From an uncultured delta proteobacterium (lineage in GTDB: Bacteria > Myxococcota_A > Polyangia > Polyangiales > JAFGIB01), in assembly GCA_963778655.1 (NCBI GenBank), contig CAVZVA010000010.1:384001-448000 (forward strand): DNA of 64,000 bases, read 5' to 3'. Position numbers and translations under genes: made by a program. Under the pieces are notes generated by a model. That model was not told the DNA's origin and searched no databases. It saw nothing but the letters and a program-made list of their open reading frames with translations. Shown here piece after piece: positions 32,025 through 41,037 of the stretch (positions within the stretch are counted from its first letter, which is position 1; every line of letters starts with the position of its first letter).

Positions 32025-32996
32025 ATGCCAGCCGAGGCCACGCCGCGCATCCCGCTGTGCGCCCACTTCATCTGGTTCGGCCAGCAGTTCCCCTGGGTCA
32101 ACCTGCTGGCGGTGCGCTCGGCGGCGCTGCGCGGCGGATTCGAGCGCGTCGTGCTCCACCACGACTCGGACCTCTCGAGCACGCCGTGGTATCGCGAGCT
32201 GACCGACACGCCGCGGGTGACGCTGCAGCGGCTCGATCTCGCAGGACTGCTCGAGCGCTGCGCGCCGCACGGCGCCGGCCTGCGCGCGGTCTACGATCGG
32301 CTGCGCACGCCGGCCACTCGCTCGGATCTGGTGCGCTTCGCGCTGCTGCTCAGCCAGGGCGGCGTGTACCTCGACATCGACACCGTCACGCTGGGCAGCT
32401 TCGAGCCGCTGTGCCGCACCGCGGCCGCGTTCTGCGGACAGGAGCGCATCGTCTATCCGTTCGGGGTGCGGGAGTCCTTCAATCCCGCCCTGCGGCTGCC
32501 GGCCGAAGCGCGCTCGGGCCTGCGCGACCTGCTGCGGCGGATACCGCACGGCTGGGCGCTCTTCCGCAAGCTCGAAGGCCTCTATCCGCTGGCCGAGAAT
32601 CCGGCGATTCTAGGCAGTGCGCCGGGCTCGCCCTTCATCACCGACGCCGTGCAGCGCATGCTGGCGATCGCGCCCGAGCGGCAGCCGCGTCCCAACGCGA
32701 TAGGTCCCCACCTGCTACAGCAGACCGCCGCCGCCCACCGCGGCGATGGCCAGCTTACGGTGCATCCCCCCGAGGTCTTCTTCCCGCTCGGCCCCGAGAT
32801 CAGCGAGCACTGGTTCCGCACGGTGCACCATGCCGATCTCGACGCGGTGCTCTCGCCCGCCACGCGTCTGGTGCACTGGTACGGGTCGGTGCGCACCAAG
32901 CAGCTCGTACCGCGTATCGACCCCGCGTACGTGCAGCGGCACGCCCGCACCCAACTGTTCAGCGCGCTGGCGCTGCCGTTCGTCGGCGAGCGATAG
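32025..32996 (+). CDS. DXD-motif glycosyltransferase (GT32/OCH1-like)
   Basis: HFIWFG; SDLVRF..L...GGVYLDID; IGP; FFP. Confidence 0.85.
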   Translation: MPAEATPRIPLCAHFIWFGQQFPWVNLLAVRSAALRGGFERVVLHHDSDLSSTPWYRELTDTPRVTLQRLDLAGLLERCAPHGAGLRAVYDRLRTPATRSDLVRFALLLSQGGVYLDIDTVTLGSFEPLCRTAAAFCGQERIVYPFGVRESFNPALRLPAEARSGLRDLLRRIPHGWALFRKLEGLYPLAENPAILGSAPGSPFITDAVQRMLAIAPERQPRPNAIGPHLLQQTAAAHRGDGQLTVHPPEVFFPLGPEISEHWFRTVHHADLDAVLSPATRLVHWYGSVRTKQLVPRIDPAYVQRHARTQLFSALALPFVGER

Positions 32997-33002
32997 GAAA
33001 GG

Positions 33003-33065
33003 CACAGGAATGCCGGAAGACGGGAAGTCAGAAACTCTGCCTTGCCGTCTTCCCGTCTTGCCGTG
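33003..33065. repeat. REP-like palindrome of the 8-mer family (copy C)
   Basis: cacaggaat-gccggaag-acgggaag ... cttgccgt-cttcccgt-cttgccgtg, between convergent genes. Confidence 0.75.
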
Positions 33066-33081
33066 AATCTTCTTGATCCCG

Positions 33082-33861
33082 TCAGTGCTGACCGAGCGCC
33101 GCAATCAGAAGCGGGACGTCATCGGTGATCAGGCCGTCGATGCCGGCGGCGGCGAGCGCACGCGCTCGCTCGGCGTCGTTGACGGTCCACGCGTTGACCA
33201 GGAGGCCGGCGGCGTGCCAGCTCGCGATCGCATCGGGGTGGGCGAGCGCGTGGTGGGGATGGATCAGGCGCGTCCCGGGCGGCGCCGGCTGCGGCTCGCG
33301 CTCGAACAGCAGCGCCACCGCCAGCTCTGGCAAGGCCGCGCACAGCGCCTGGCAGATCGCCGCGTCGAAGCTCGACAGCAGCACGCGCGCCAGCTCCGCG
33401 GCAGGCCGCGCGCGCAGCTCGGCCGCCACCGCCTGCACCAGCGCATGGCGCGAAGGCACGTCGGCCTTGAGCTCCACATTGAGCAGCCGCCCGCGCCCGA
33501 GCACCAGCTCGAGCGCCTGCTGCAGCCGCGGCACGCGTTCGCCCGCGCCGAGGTCGTGGCGCTGCAGCTCGGCCAGCGTGCTGTCGGCTGCGCGTGCGCC
33601 CACACCCGCCACGCGCGCGAGGTCCGGATCGTGCAGCACGACCACCTCGCCGCTGCCGCACAGGCGCACGTCGAGCTCGACCCCGTCGGCGCCCTGATCG
33701 AGCGCGCGCCGCAACGCCAGCAGCGTGTTCTCGGGCGTGCCGCGCCGCGTGCCGCGGTGCCCGTACAGCAGCGGCCGCGTGCGCGCCCCGCGCGCAAACG
33801 GCGCGCCCTCGCCATGGCCGCCCGGCGCGTCTTCCGACACCACCTTCGGGCTCTCGCTCAA
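33082..33861 (-). CDS. Glycerophosphodiester phosphodiesterase
   Basis: GHRG; PENT; GVELDV; VLHD; NVELK; WTVND; DGLITD. Confidence 0.92.
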   Translation of the reverse strand: MSESPKVVSEDAPGGHGEGAPFARGARTRPLLYGHRGTRRGTPENTLLALRRALDQGADGVELDVRLCGSGEVVVLHDPDLARVAGVGARAADSTLAELQRHDLGAGERVPRLQQALELVLGRGRLLNVELKADVPSRHALVQAVAAELRARPAAELARVLLSSFDAAICQALCAALPELAVALLFEREPQPAPPGTRLIHPHHALAHPDAIASWHAAGLLVNAWTVNDAERARALAAAGIDGLITDDVPLLIAALGQH

Positions 33862-34940
33862 CCCGCGACCTTGAGCCCCTGCGCCTGCAGCGCCTGGGCC
33901 AGCGACGAATCGGGCTCGCTCAGCCGGCGCACGGTTGCGGTGTAGCCGTCCTGCAGGATCGCGCGGCGCGCCGCGAAGTTCATCGGCGAGTACATGAACA
34001 GCGTGGCGTCGGTCTGCTTGGGCTCCAGCACCAGCACTGCGGTCTCGGGGTGCTGTGCGCGGAAGCGCTCGAGCCCGAGCATGAAACGCGCCTCCATCCA
34101 GATGCGCATGGCCTGGTTGTAGACCCAGATCGCGCCCTTATCGCGCACGCGGCGCTTCTTGCCGTGACCGGTCGGCACGTCGCGCCCATCCGTGCCCGCA
34201 TGCACGGGCACCATCGGGTTGATGACCACGATCAACCCGCACCCCTCCTGCGCGGCCAGATCGATGTGCGCGGCGTCGCCGATGCCACCGTCGATATAAT
34301 CCCGGCCGCCGATCTCGACCGGCGCGTACAGCAGCGGGATCGCGCTCGAGGCCGCCACCGCGCGCGCCACCGGAACCTCCAGCAGCTCGTCCCGTCCAAA
34401 CACCGCGCGGCGCCCTGCGTCGAGCTCGCTCGCCACCACCAGCAAGCGCCGGGGCAGATCGGCGAAGCGCGCCGGAATGCTGCGCCGCTGCATGAAGTCG
34501 GTGAGGAAGCGCTCGTAGGTGTCCAGCGTGAACACGCCGGCGGGCAGCGAGTCGACGAAACGCTCGAGCTCGTCCCACACGTTGACGTCCAGCGGGCTGC
34601 TCGCCGCCGAGGACACCACGCGCCGCGCAGCCGCCATGGCCGAGCCGAAAACCCTCAAGATCTCGCCCATATCGATGCGCAGCAGGTGATTGCGCTGGAG
34701 CGGAAAGAAGTCGTCGGCGGGGTCGAGCAGCGCGCGGTACATGCGCTGCACGTTGAGCCCGCCGGCCAGGGCCATGGCCACGGTGGCGCCCGAGCCGGTC
34801 CCGACCAACACGTCAAAACCGCCGGCCGCCAGCCCCTCGATGCGGTCCTCGAGCGCGGCCAGGCAGCCCACCTGGTACATCGCACCGGTGACGCCGCCAC
34901 CGCACAGGCACAATCCAAGCTTGGAACGGGCGTCGACCAT
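33858..34940 (-). CDS. Patatin-like phospholipase family protein with atypical nucleophile motif
   Basis: CGGGVTG oxyanion loop; GTGSG in place of GxSxG; ASSAIP; YIDGG. Confidence 0.85.
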   Translation of the reverse strand: MVDARSKLGLCLCGGGVTGAMYQVGCLAALEDRIEGLAAGGFDVLVGTGSGATVAMALAGGLNVQRMYRALLDPADDFFPLQRNHLLRIDMGEILRVFGSAMAAARRVVSSAASSPLDVNVWDELERFVDSLPAGVFTLDTYERFLTDFMQRRSIPARFADLPRRLLVVASELDAGRRAVFGRDELLEVPVARAVAASSAIPLLYAPVEIGGRDYIDGGIGDAAHIDLAAQEGCGLIVVINPMVPVHAGTDGRDVPTGHGKKRRVRDKGAIWVYNQAMRIWMEARFMLGLERFRAQHPETAVLVLEPKQTDATLFMYSPMNFAARRAILQDGYTATVRRLSEPDSSLAQALQAQGLKVAG

Positions 34941-35149
34941 CCTGACTTCCGGCAGCTCGGCCCGGCCGTGGCGCGCCGTGCCGGCCGATGCTACACGGTG
35001 CCACGCCCGATGCGGTAGCCCGCGCCTCCGCGGGAGCCGCGAAAAACGCAAAATCACGCCACAAAGTCGCCGCCGATCGAGCGGATTGTGGTCGCGGTCG
35101 CGACGCGGCTGCTACCCTTGATGGGCTCTGCCGCGACCCCCGGTTGCTC

Positions 35150-37855
35150 ATGCGCCGCTACTCATTCCATCACCGGGGAGGGCACGCGCCCTCCCCGCCC
35201 TGCCGGCAAAGCCGTCAGGGTCCCACCCCTCCGCGAGGCTCGCTTCGCTCGCGCTGCCCATCGCGCGCCAATCTGCGCTCACCGCCTTGCGTTCACCCCG
35301 TCCACCGGGGAGGGCACGCGCCCTCCCCGCCCTGCCGGCAAAGCCGTCAGGGTCCCACCCCTCCGCGAGGCTCGCTTCGCTCGCGCTGCCCATCGCGCGC
35401 CAATCTGCGCTCACCGCCTTGCGTTCACCCCGTCCACCGGGGAGGGCACGCGCCCTCCCCGCCCTGCCGGCAAAGCCGTCAGGGTCCCACCCCTCCGCGA
35501 GGCTCGCTTCGCTCGCGCTGCCCATCGCGCGCCAATCTGCGCTCACCGCCTTGCGTTCACCCCGTCCACCGGGGAGGGCACGCGCCCTCCCCGCCCTGCC
35601 GGCAAAGCCGTCAGGGTCCCACCCCTCCGCGAGGCTCGCTTCGCTCAGCGCTCCCTGCCTGGCTGCTCTCGGTCGTGCTCGGCTGCGGCGGCCTCGCGCT
35701 CGGGCTGGCCGACGGCGGCTGCGGGGCCGGCGCGCAGCACGGACCGACGATCGCGCCGCCCAGGCCGGTGCCGAGCGTCGTGACCGACGCCACCTTCGAC
35801 GACGCGCTGCGCCACTACTGGCAGCTCGATCTCGACGATCCGGCGCGCGCGCCGCTGCGGCAGCAGCTGGTCGATCACCTGCTGCAGAAGGGCGCGGCCG
35901 ACGGCGGCTACGATGCGGCGATCGCCCAGCTGGCGCAGGTGACCGAGCTCTACACCCCCAGCGAGATCGAGGCCGGCAAGCTGCCCGCGGAGCTCGAGCC
36001 GATCGCCCGATTGTTGGTCGCCAAGGGCTCGCCGCGCGGCGACGAAGCGCGCGTGCTCTCGGCGCTGCTGGTGCTGCAGGGCATCCATCCCGACGACAAG
36101 GGCCTGGCCGAGCAGTACCGCCGCATCAAGGAGTGGGGCTTCGACGCGCGTGCGGCACTCAGCGGACCGCTCGAGCGCTTCGAGGAAGGCATCGTCGAGG
36201 TGTGGGAGGAGCACGCGCGGCTGACGCCGACGCCGGAAGTACTGGCGACGCTGGCGCGGCTCTACGTCGAGCGCCGCAACGCGTTGATCACGCTGTTTCA
36301 GTCGAGCGAGCGGCGAGTCCCGCTGAGCGCCGCGATCTTCGAGGGCGTGCAGCGCACCGCGATGAGCGTCGCGGCCGTGTACCTGCGCCACGGCGACATC
36401 GCCTCGGCGCTGAGCAACGTGCAGGCGATGAACGCCTCGGGCGGGGTCGAGCAGCGCATGATCGAGATCCTGCAGCTCGCGCGCAAGGACGGCCCCGAAG
36501 GCGCCGGCGCCCTGCTCGACCTGGCGCGCGCATACCTGGAGGACGGGCGCCCCGACGTCTCGCGCGCGCTATGCGTGACCGGCCTGCGCGAGCAGCGGCA
36601 GGACGCCCGCTTTCCGCAGTGCCTGGCGCGCATCGCCGCCACCAAGAGCGACTTCGGCGGCGCGATGGCTTGGTATTCGGAGGCCGTGCGCCTGATGCCC
36701 GAGGAGCGTGCGCTGTACGACGAGATCCTCGAGGTGCTCAACAGCCTGATGGAACAGGGTCTGTTCGGCAGCGACACCGCACAGACCCGCGCCATCGCCA
36801 AGCGCGCCTCCGAAATCCTGGAGGAGCGGCTCAAGCGCTGGCCCAATTCGACGCCCGCGGTCAAGCCGGAAGACCTGTACCTGGCGATCGCGGTGGCGGA
36901 GATGAACGCGGGCAACGCGCGCGAGGCCGAAGCCGACCTACGCAAGAGCCTGGCCGCCAAGGAGACGGTGCCGGCGCTGCTGCAGCTCGGATTGCTGCTC
37001 GAGCGCATGAGCCGCGACAGCGAGGCGGCCGAGATCTATCGCCACGCGCTGCAATTGCAGAACGGCGGTCACGGCAACGACGAGCCCAAGCGCGCCGAGA
37101 TCTTCGAGCGCCTGGGAGACGCCCTGCGCATGCTCGGCAAGGGGCAGGAAGCCAGCAAGATGTACCAGCAGGGGCTGGCGCTGTGGGATCAGAACCTCTC
37201 GCGCGAAAAGGGCCAGCGCATCGGCCTGGCGCACCTGCGCCGCGGGATCCTGCTGGGGCGGCTCTCGCGCCGAAGCGATTCGCTGTCGGCCTTCGAGAAG
37301 GCGATGGCGCTCGCGCCCGAGGTGCGCGAGACGTACGCCACGATTCTGGCCTACCTGGCGGTCAGCGATCCGGACAGCCACTTCGCGCACCAGGTGTTCC
37401 ACAACGCGCTCAACCAGCTCAGCCTCGAGCCCGAATGGAAGGTCTACTTCGCGCTGTGGCTGCGGATGATCGCCGGGCGCGACGGGGTGAAGCTCGACAG
37501 CGACGTCAACGCGGTGTTCGAGGACATGAGCCAGGGTGACGACTGGTGGGCGAAGCTCGCGCAGTTCGCGGCGGGCAAGCTGGCCTTCGAAGATCTGCTG
37601 AGCGAGGCCTCGGATCTCGGCGAGCGCACGGAGGCCTATTTCTACGAGGGCGCACGCCGACTGGCCGCGGGCAACGCTCAGGGCGCGCGCGAGATGTTCC
37701 AGCACGTGGTCGACAGCAACATGGTCAACTTCTACGAGTTCGCCATGGCGCAGGAGCTGATGGCGCAGACCGGGCCCAGCCCGGCCCAGGCGACCACGCA
37801 GGCGCAGAACCGGCCCTCGCTCGAGCAGGCGCCGCCGCCGCCGGCCAATCGCTGA
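35150..37855 (+). CDS. TPR-repeat exported protein/lipoprotein with a repeat-derived N-terminal insertion
   Basis: ATG 35150 (MRRYSF), then 3.6 x 44-aa repeats, then a hydrophobic signal-like segment with Cys, then many TPR-like helices and an NlpI-like end (EAYFYEG...NFYEF). Confidence 0.8.
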   Translation: MRRYSFHHRGGHAPSPPCRQSRQGPTPPRGSLRSRCPSRANLRSPPCVHPVHRGGHAPSPPCRQSRQGPTPPRGSLRSRCPSRANLRSPPCVHPVHRGGHAPSPPCRQSRQGPTPPRGSLRSRCPSRANLRSPPCVHPVHRGGHAPSPPCRQSRQGPTPPRGSLRSALPAWLLSVVLGCGGLALGLADGGCGAGAQHGPTIAPPRPVPSVVTDATFDDALRHYWQLDLDDPARAPLRQQLVDHLLQKGAADGGYDAAIAQLAQVTELYTPSEIEAGKLPAELEPIARLLVAKGSPRGDEARVLSALLVLQGIHPDDKGLAEQYRRIKEWGFDARAALSGPLERFEEGIVEVWEEHARLTPTPEVLATLARLYVERRNALITLFQSSERRVPLSAAIFEGVQRTAMSVAAVYLRHGDIASALSNVQAMNASGGVEQRMIEILQLARKDGPEGAGALLDLARAYLEDGRPDVSRALCVTGLREQRQDARFPQCLARIAATKSDFGGAMAWYSEAVRLMPEERALYDEILEVLNSLMEQGLFGSDTAQTRAIAKRASEILEERLKRWPNSTPAVKPEDLYLAIAVAEMNAGNAREAEADLRKSLAAKETVPALLQLGLLLERMSRDSEAAEIYRHALQLQNGGHGNDEPKRAEIFERLGDALRMLGKGQEASKMYQQGLALWDQNLSREKGQRIGLAHLRRGILLGRLSRRSDSLSAFEKAMALAPEVRETYATILAYLAVSDPDSHFAHQVFHNALNQLSLEPEWKVYFALWLRMIAGRDGVKLDSDVNAVFEDMSQGDDWWAKLAQFAAGKLAFEDLLSEASDLGERTEAYFYEGARRLAAGNAQGAREMFQHVVDSNMVNFYEFAMAQELMAQTGPSPAQATTQAQNRPSLEQAPPPPANR
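35171..35646 (+). repeat. 132-bp perfect tandem array (3 full copies + 80 bp) of a hairpin-rich element
   Basis: Identical units start at 35171, 35303, 35435 and 35567. Each holds the GGGGAGGGC-ACGC-GCCCTCCCC hairpin and GCTCGCTTCGCTC. Confidence 0.95.
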
Positions 37856-37946
37856 AGCGCAGAGCGCGACGCCCGCGGCCGCAGCGCACAGCGTTTGAGC
37901 CGCGTCCGGCGCCACGATAAGCTGTGCGCCGGAGGCGGGCGTCCGC

Positions 37947-39155
37947 GTGGCTTTCTTCGGCAGCGATACCCTGCGCACGGCGCTGCAGATGCCGGCCCGC
38001 AATCCGGGCCGCAGCGCGTTGACCACGCTCGGGCTGGCGATCGGCGTCGGCGCGTTCATCGCCATGGTCAGCTTCGGCCGCGGGGCGCGCAGCGCCGTCG
38101 TCTCGCAGTTCGAAACGCTGGGCACGAACTTGCTGCGGATCAAGACCCGCTACGGCGCCACTACCGAGAGCCCGCACCTGCTCACGCAGGAAGACGTCGC
38201 CGCGCTGCAACGCGAATCGACCACGTTCGCCTACGTGGTCCCTCACGCCTTCAGCCCGATGGACGTGACCTATGCGGGCCGGCGCATCCGCACCAGCGTG
38301 CTCGGCGCGCTGCCGGACATCGTCCACACCGAAGACTGGCGCATGAGCGCAGGCGGCATGTTCGATCAGGCGGACGTACAACAGCGCAGCAAGGTGTGCG
38401 TGATCGGGGCCACCGCGCTGGCCAACCTGTTCGGTCCCGCCGACCCGCTCGGTCAGGTGATCACGATCGGCGGCCGCCTGCCGTGTCGCGTGATCGGCGT
38501 GCTCGGCCAGCGCGGCTCGAACATCGGCGGCAGCGACATGGACGACCGCGTCATGCTGCCGCTGAGCACATACGAGGCGTATCTCGGCCTACCCAACGGC
38601 TACTGGGTCGTGGAGGTGCGTCCCAAGAGCCGCGCCTTGCTCGACGCAGCCAAGGCCGAGGTCACGCAGATCCTGCGCCGCAGCCACCGCATCGAGCCCG
38701 GCGACGACGACGACTTCCAGATCTTGAGCCCCGACGATCTGACCCAGGTGGCGCAGCAGATCAGCGGTACGTTGACCGGCCTGCTGGCGGCGATCGCCGC
38801 CGTGTCGCTGCTGGTCGGCGGCATCGGCATCATGAACATCCAGCTGGTGTCGGTGGCCGAGCGCACGCACGAGATCGGCATCCGCGCCGCGATCGGCGCA
38901 TCGCCCGCGCAGATCATGACTCAGTTCGTAGCCGAAGCGGTCACGCTCGCAGCGCTGGGCAGCGCGGCCGGGGTCGCGCTCGGCATCGGTGCATCGATGC
39001 TGGTGGCCAAGCAGTTCCACTGGGAGCAGGCCACCAGCGCCGACGTCGTGCTCGGCTCGGCGCTGTTCGGGATCGCGGTCGGCACGCTGTTCGGCTACAT
39101 CCCGGCGCGGCGCGCAGCGCGGCTCGACCCGATCGACGCCTTGCGCCGCGAGTAG
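37947..39155 (+). CDS. MacB/FtsX-family ABC transporter permease
   Basis: RSALTTLGLAIGV; periplasmic domain; SLLVGGIGIMNI..VSV.ERT.EIGIR.AIGA; PARRAARLDPIDALR.E. Confidence 0.93.
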   Translation: MAFFGSDTLRTALQMPARNPGRSALTTLGLAIGVGAFIAMVSFGRGARSAVVSQFETLGTNLLRIKTRYGATTESPHLLTQEDVAALQRESTTFAYVVPHAFSPMDVTYAGRRIRTSVLGALPDIVHTEDWRMSAGGMFDQADVQQRSKVCVIGATALANLFGPADPLGQVITIGGRLPCRVIGVLGQRGSNIGGSDMDDRVMLPLSTYEAYLGLPNGYWVVEVRPKSRALLDAAKAEVTQILRRSHRIEPGDDDDFQILSPDDLTQVAQQISGTLTGLLAAIAAVSLLVGGIGIMNIQLVSVAERTHEIGIRAAIGASPAQIMTQFVAEAVTLAALGSAAGVALGIGASMLVAKQFHWEQATSADVVLGSALFGIAVGTLFGYIPARRAARLDPIDALRRE

Positions 39156-39167
39156 GCTCGCGCTCGC

Positions 39168-40967
39168 TCAGCGCGGGCTTGCCGGCACCAGCACGTAATA
39201 GGTGCCGGCGGTGCTGTCGTGAATGCGCACGGGCCGCGCGCCCAGCGCGAGCGCCCAACCGGGCAGCCGGGCCCGCGCGCGCAGCGCGGTGCGATAGCCC
39301 GGCAGCGTGTCACCGACCAGCGCGCGGAAGTAGGCCACCTGCGCGCGGTCGGCCTGGGCGGCAAGCCATTGCGCGGACGGGATCTCGCCGGGGCGGAGGT
39401 TGCGCGGCAGAAAGCGCTCGGCGTATTCGCTCGCCACCACGATCGCGTCCGGCCGGCGCGCGCCCACCGCGGCCGGCTCGGCTTGCAGCTCGCGCAGGCC
39501 CGGCAGACGCGCGCGCGCGCCGGGCGGCTCCAGACCGACCCGCTGCACCCGATAGGGCGCCGCGGTCGAGCTGTCGAAGCGCGGCTGGAACACGTCGAAG
39601 CCATAGATCTCCACCACGCTGCCGCGCGGCAGCCGCAAGAGAAAGCGCTCGACCTCTCGGCGCGGATCCCCCCACTGCGTCAGCGCGAGCAGCACGCACG
39701 AATACGCCGACAGCAGCAGCGCCGCGCCAGCGGCCCATGCCAGCGGGCGGGTCGCGGCGCGCCGCCACAGCGCGACCAGCGCGAAGCCGCCGTAGACGCA
39801 CAGCCAGACCCCGAGCGGCAGCAAGAAGCGGTGCTCGCAGCGCGCCACGGGCAGCGTGAACGCGACCACGCTCGACAGGCCGGCGCAGATCGGCAGCAGG
39901 CGTTGGGCGCGGTCGGGCTCGCCGGGCTCCGGCCGCAGCAGCAGCGCGAGCGCGACCCCGCCCCAGCACAGCGCGACGACGCCCCAGCTCCACAGGAAGC
40001 TCGCCTGGGCAAACCACAGGTCGCGCAGGTTGAGCCACAGCCCTTGGACGCTGCGCGCGTAGTTGCGCCAATCCTGGCTGTTGGTCCCGAGCAGCATCCG
40101 CACGCGCGCGATGAACCCGGTCGGGTTGACGATCACGCCGGCGAGCGCGGCATAGCCGAGCGCGCCCCACAGCAACATGCGCCTGAGCAGGCGGAAGTGC
40201 GCCTCGCCCGCCCCGAGCCGCCCGGGCGCGACCAGCGGCAGCACGCCGAGGTAGAGCGGCACCGGCAGCACGTACGCGGCGTAGGCCTGATCCTTGGTCG
40301 CGACCGAAGCCGCAGCGAACAGCCCAGTCAGCGCATAGTCGTTTGCATGCCCGCGCTGAAGCACGCTGAGCAGCCGGTCAATCGCAAGCGCGGTCCAGAA
40401 CATGTAAGGACCATCGAGATTGCTGGCTCGCGCGTAGTAGCCGAAGGTCAGGCAGGTGACGGCGCAAAGCGCGGCGCACCGGCCCGCGGCCACGCCGAAC
40501 AGCCGCCGCGCGATGCGCGCGATCAGCAGCAGCAAGCCGCAGCCCATCGCCACGTGGGCCAGCTTGATCAGCAGTGACACGGCCGTCATGCACGCGACCG
40601 ACTGCACCCGCGCCGAGATCGCCCCGGCTGACCAGGGTCCTGCGACCACGAACGGCAGCAGCACCGGCAGGCAGATCAGCAGCAGAACCAGGTTGTGAAA
40701 CAGGGGATAGCGGTGCGCGTGGCCCCACAGCAGATTGCCGGCGACCCCGCGCAGGAAGTCGCGCGGCGCAACCCCGTCGTTCTCCCAGCCGAACGCGCTG
40801 GGCTGATCCCAGCCGATGATCAGGAGCTGAGCCACCGCGAACGCAAGCGCGAGCCGCGCGAGCAGCGGATCCTCGCCCGCGCAGTCGCGCGCGGCAGCCA
40901 GCCACGCGCGCGGCGCGAGCGAGGCTGCCGCTCGCTGGATTCCACGGTCCATCCTCGCACGCGTCAC
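39168..40967 (-). CDS. GT-C-like polytopic membrane glycosyltransferase
   Basis: WENDG; RYP; N.D; ATKDQ; EHRFLLP; about 11 TM helices plus a periplasmic C-terminal domain. Start uncertain (40952 or 40967). Confidence 0.65.
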   Translation of the reverse strand: MTRARMDRGIQRAAASLAPRAWLAAARDCAGEDPLLARLALAFAVAQLLIIGWDQPSAFGWENDGVAPRDFLRGVAGNLLWGHAHRYPLFHNLVLLLICLPVLLPFVVAGPWSAGAISARVQSVACMTAVSLLIKLAHVAMGCGLLLLIARIARRLFGVAAGRCAALCAVTCLTFGYYARASNLDGPYMFWTALAIDRLLSVLQRGHANDYALTGLFAAASVATKDQAYAAYVLPVPLYLGVLPLVAPGRLGAGEAHFRLLRRMLLWGALGYAALAGVIVNPTGFIARVRMLLGTNSQDWRNYARSVQGLWLNLRDLWFAQASFLWSWGVVALCWGGVALALLLRPEPGEPDRAQRLLPICAGLSSVVAFTLPVARCEHRFLLPLGVWLCVYGGFALVALWRRAATRPLAWAAGAALLLSAYSCVLLALTQWGDPRREVERFLLRLPRGSVVEIYGFDVFQPRFDSSTAAPYRVQRVGLEPPGARARLPGLRELQAEPAAVGARRPDAIVVASEYAERFLPRNLRPGEIPSAQWLAAQADRAQVAYFRALVGDTLPGYRTALRARARLPGWALALGARPVRIHDSTAGTYYVLVPASPR

Positions 40968-41037
40968 CGCCTCCGAGATTGAGCGCGGAGGATAACGCTC
41001 TGAGCGCGACGGCGCGAGCAGAACGCCCGCCGGCCGG

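Noticed and set aside
35171..35646. Possible CRISPR array (80-bp core with 52-bp interspaces)
   Set aside because: The interspaces are identical, the unit is far longer than CRISPR repeats, and no cas genes are present.
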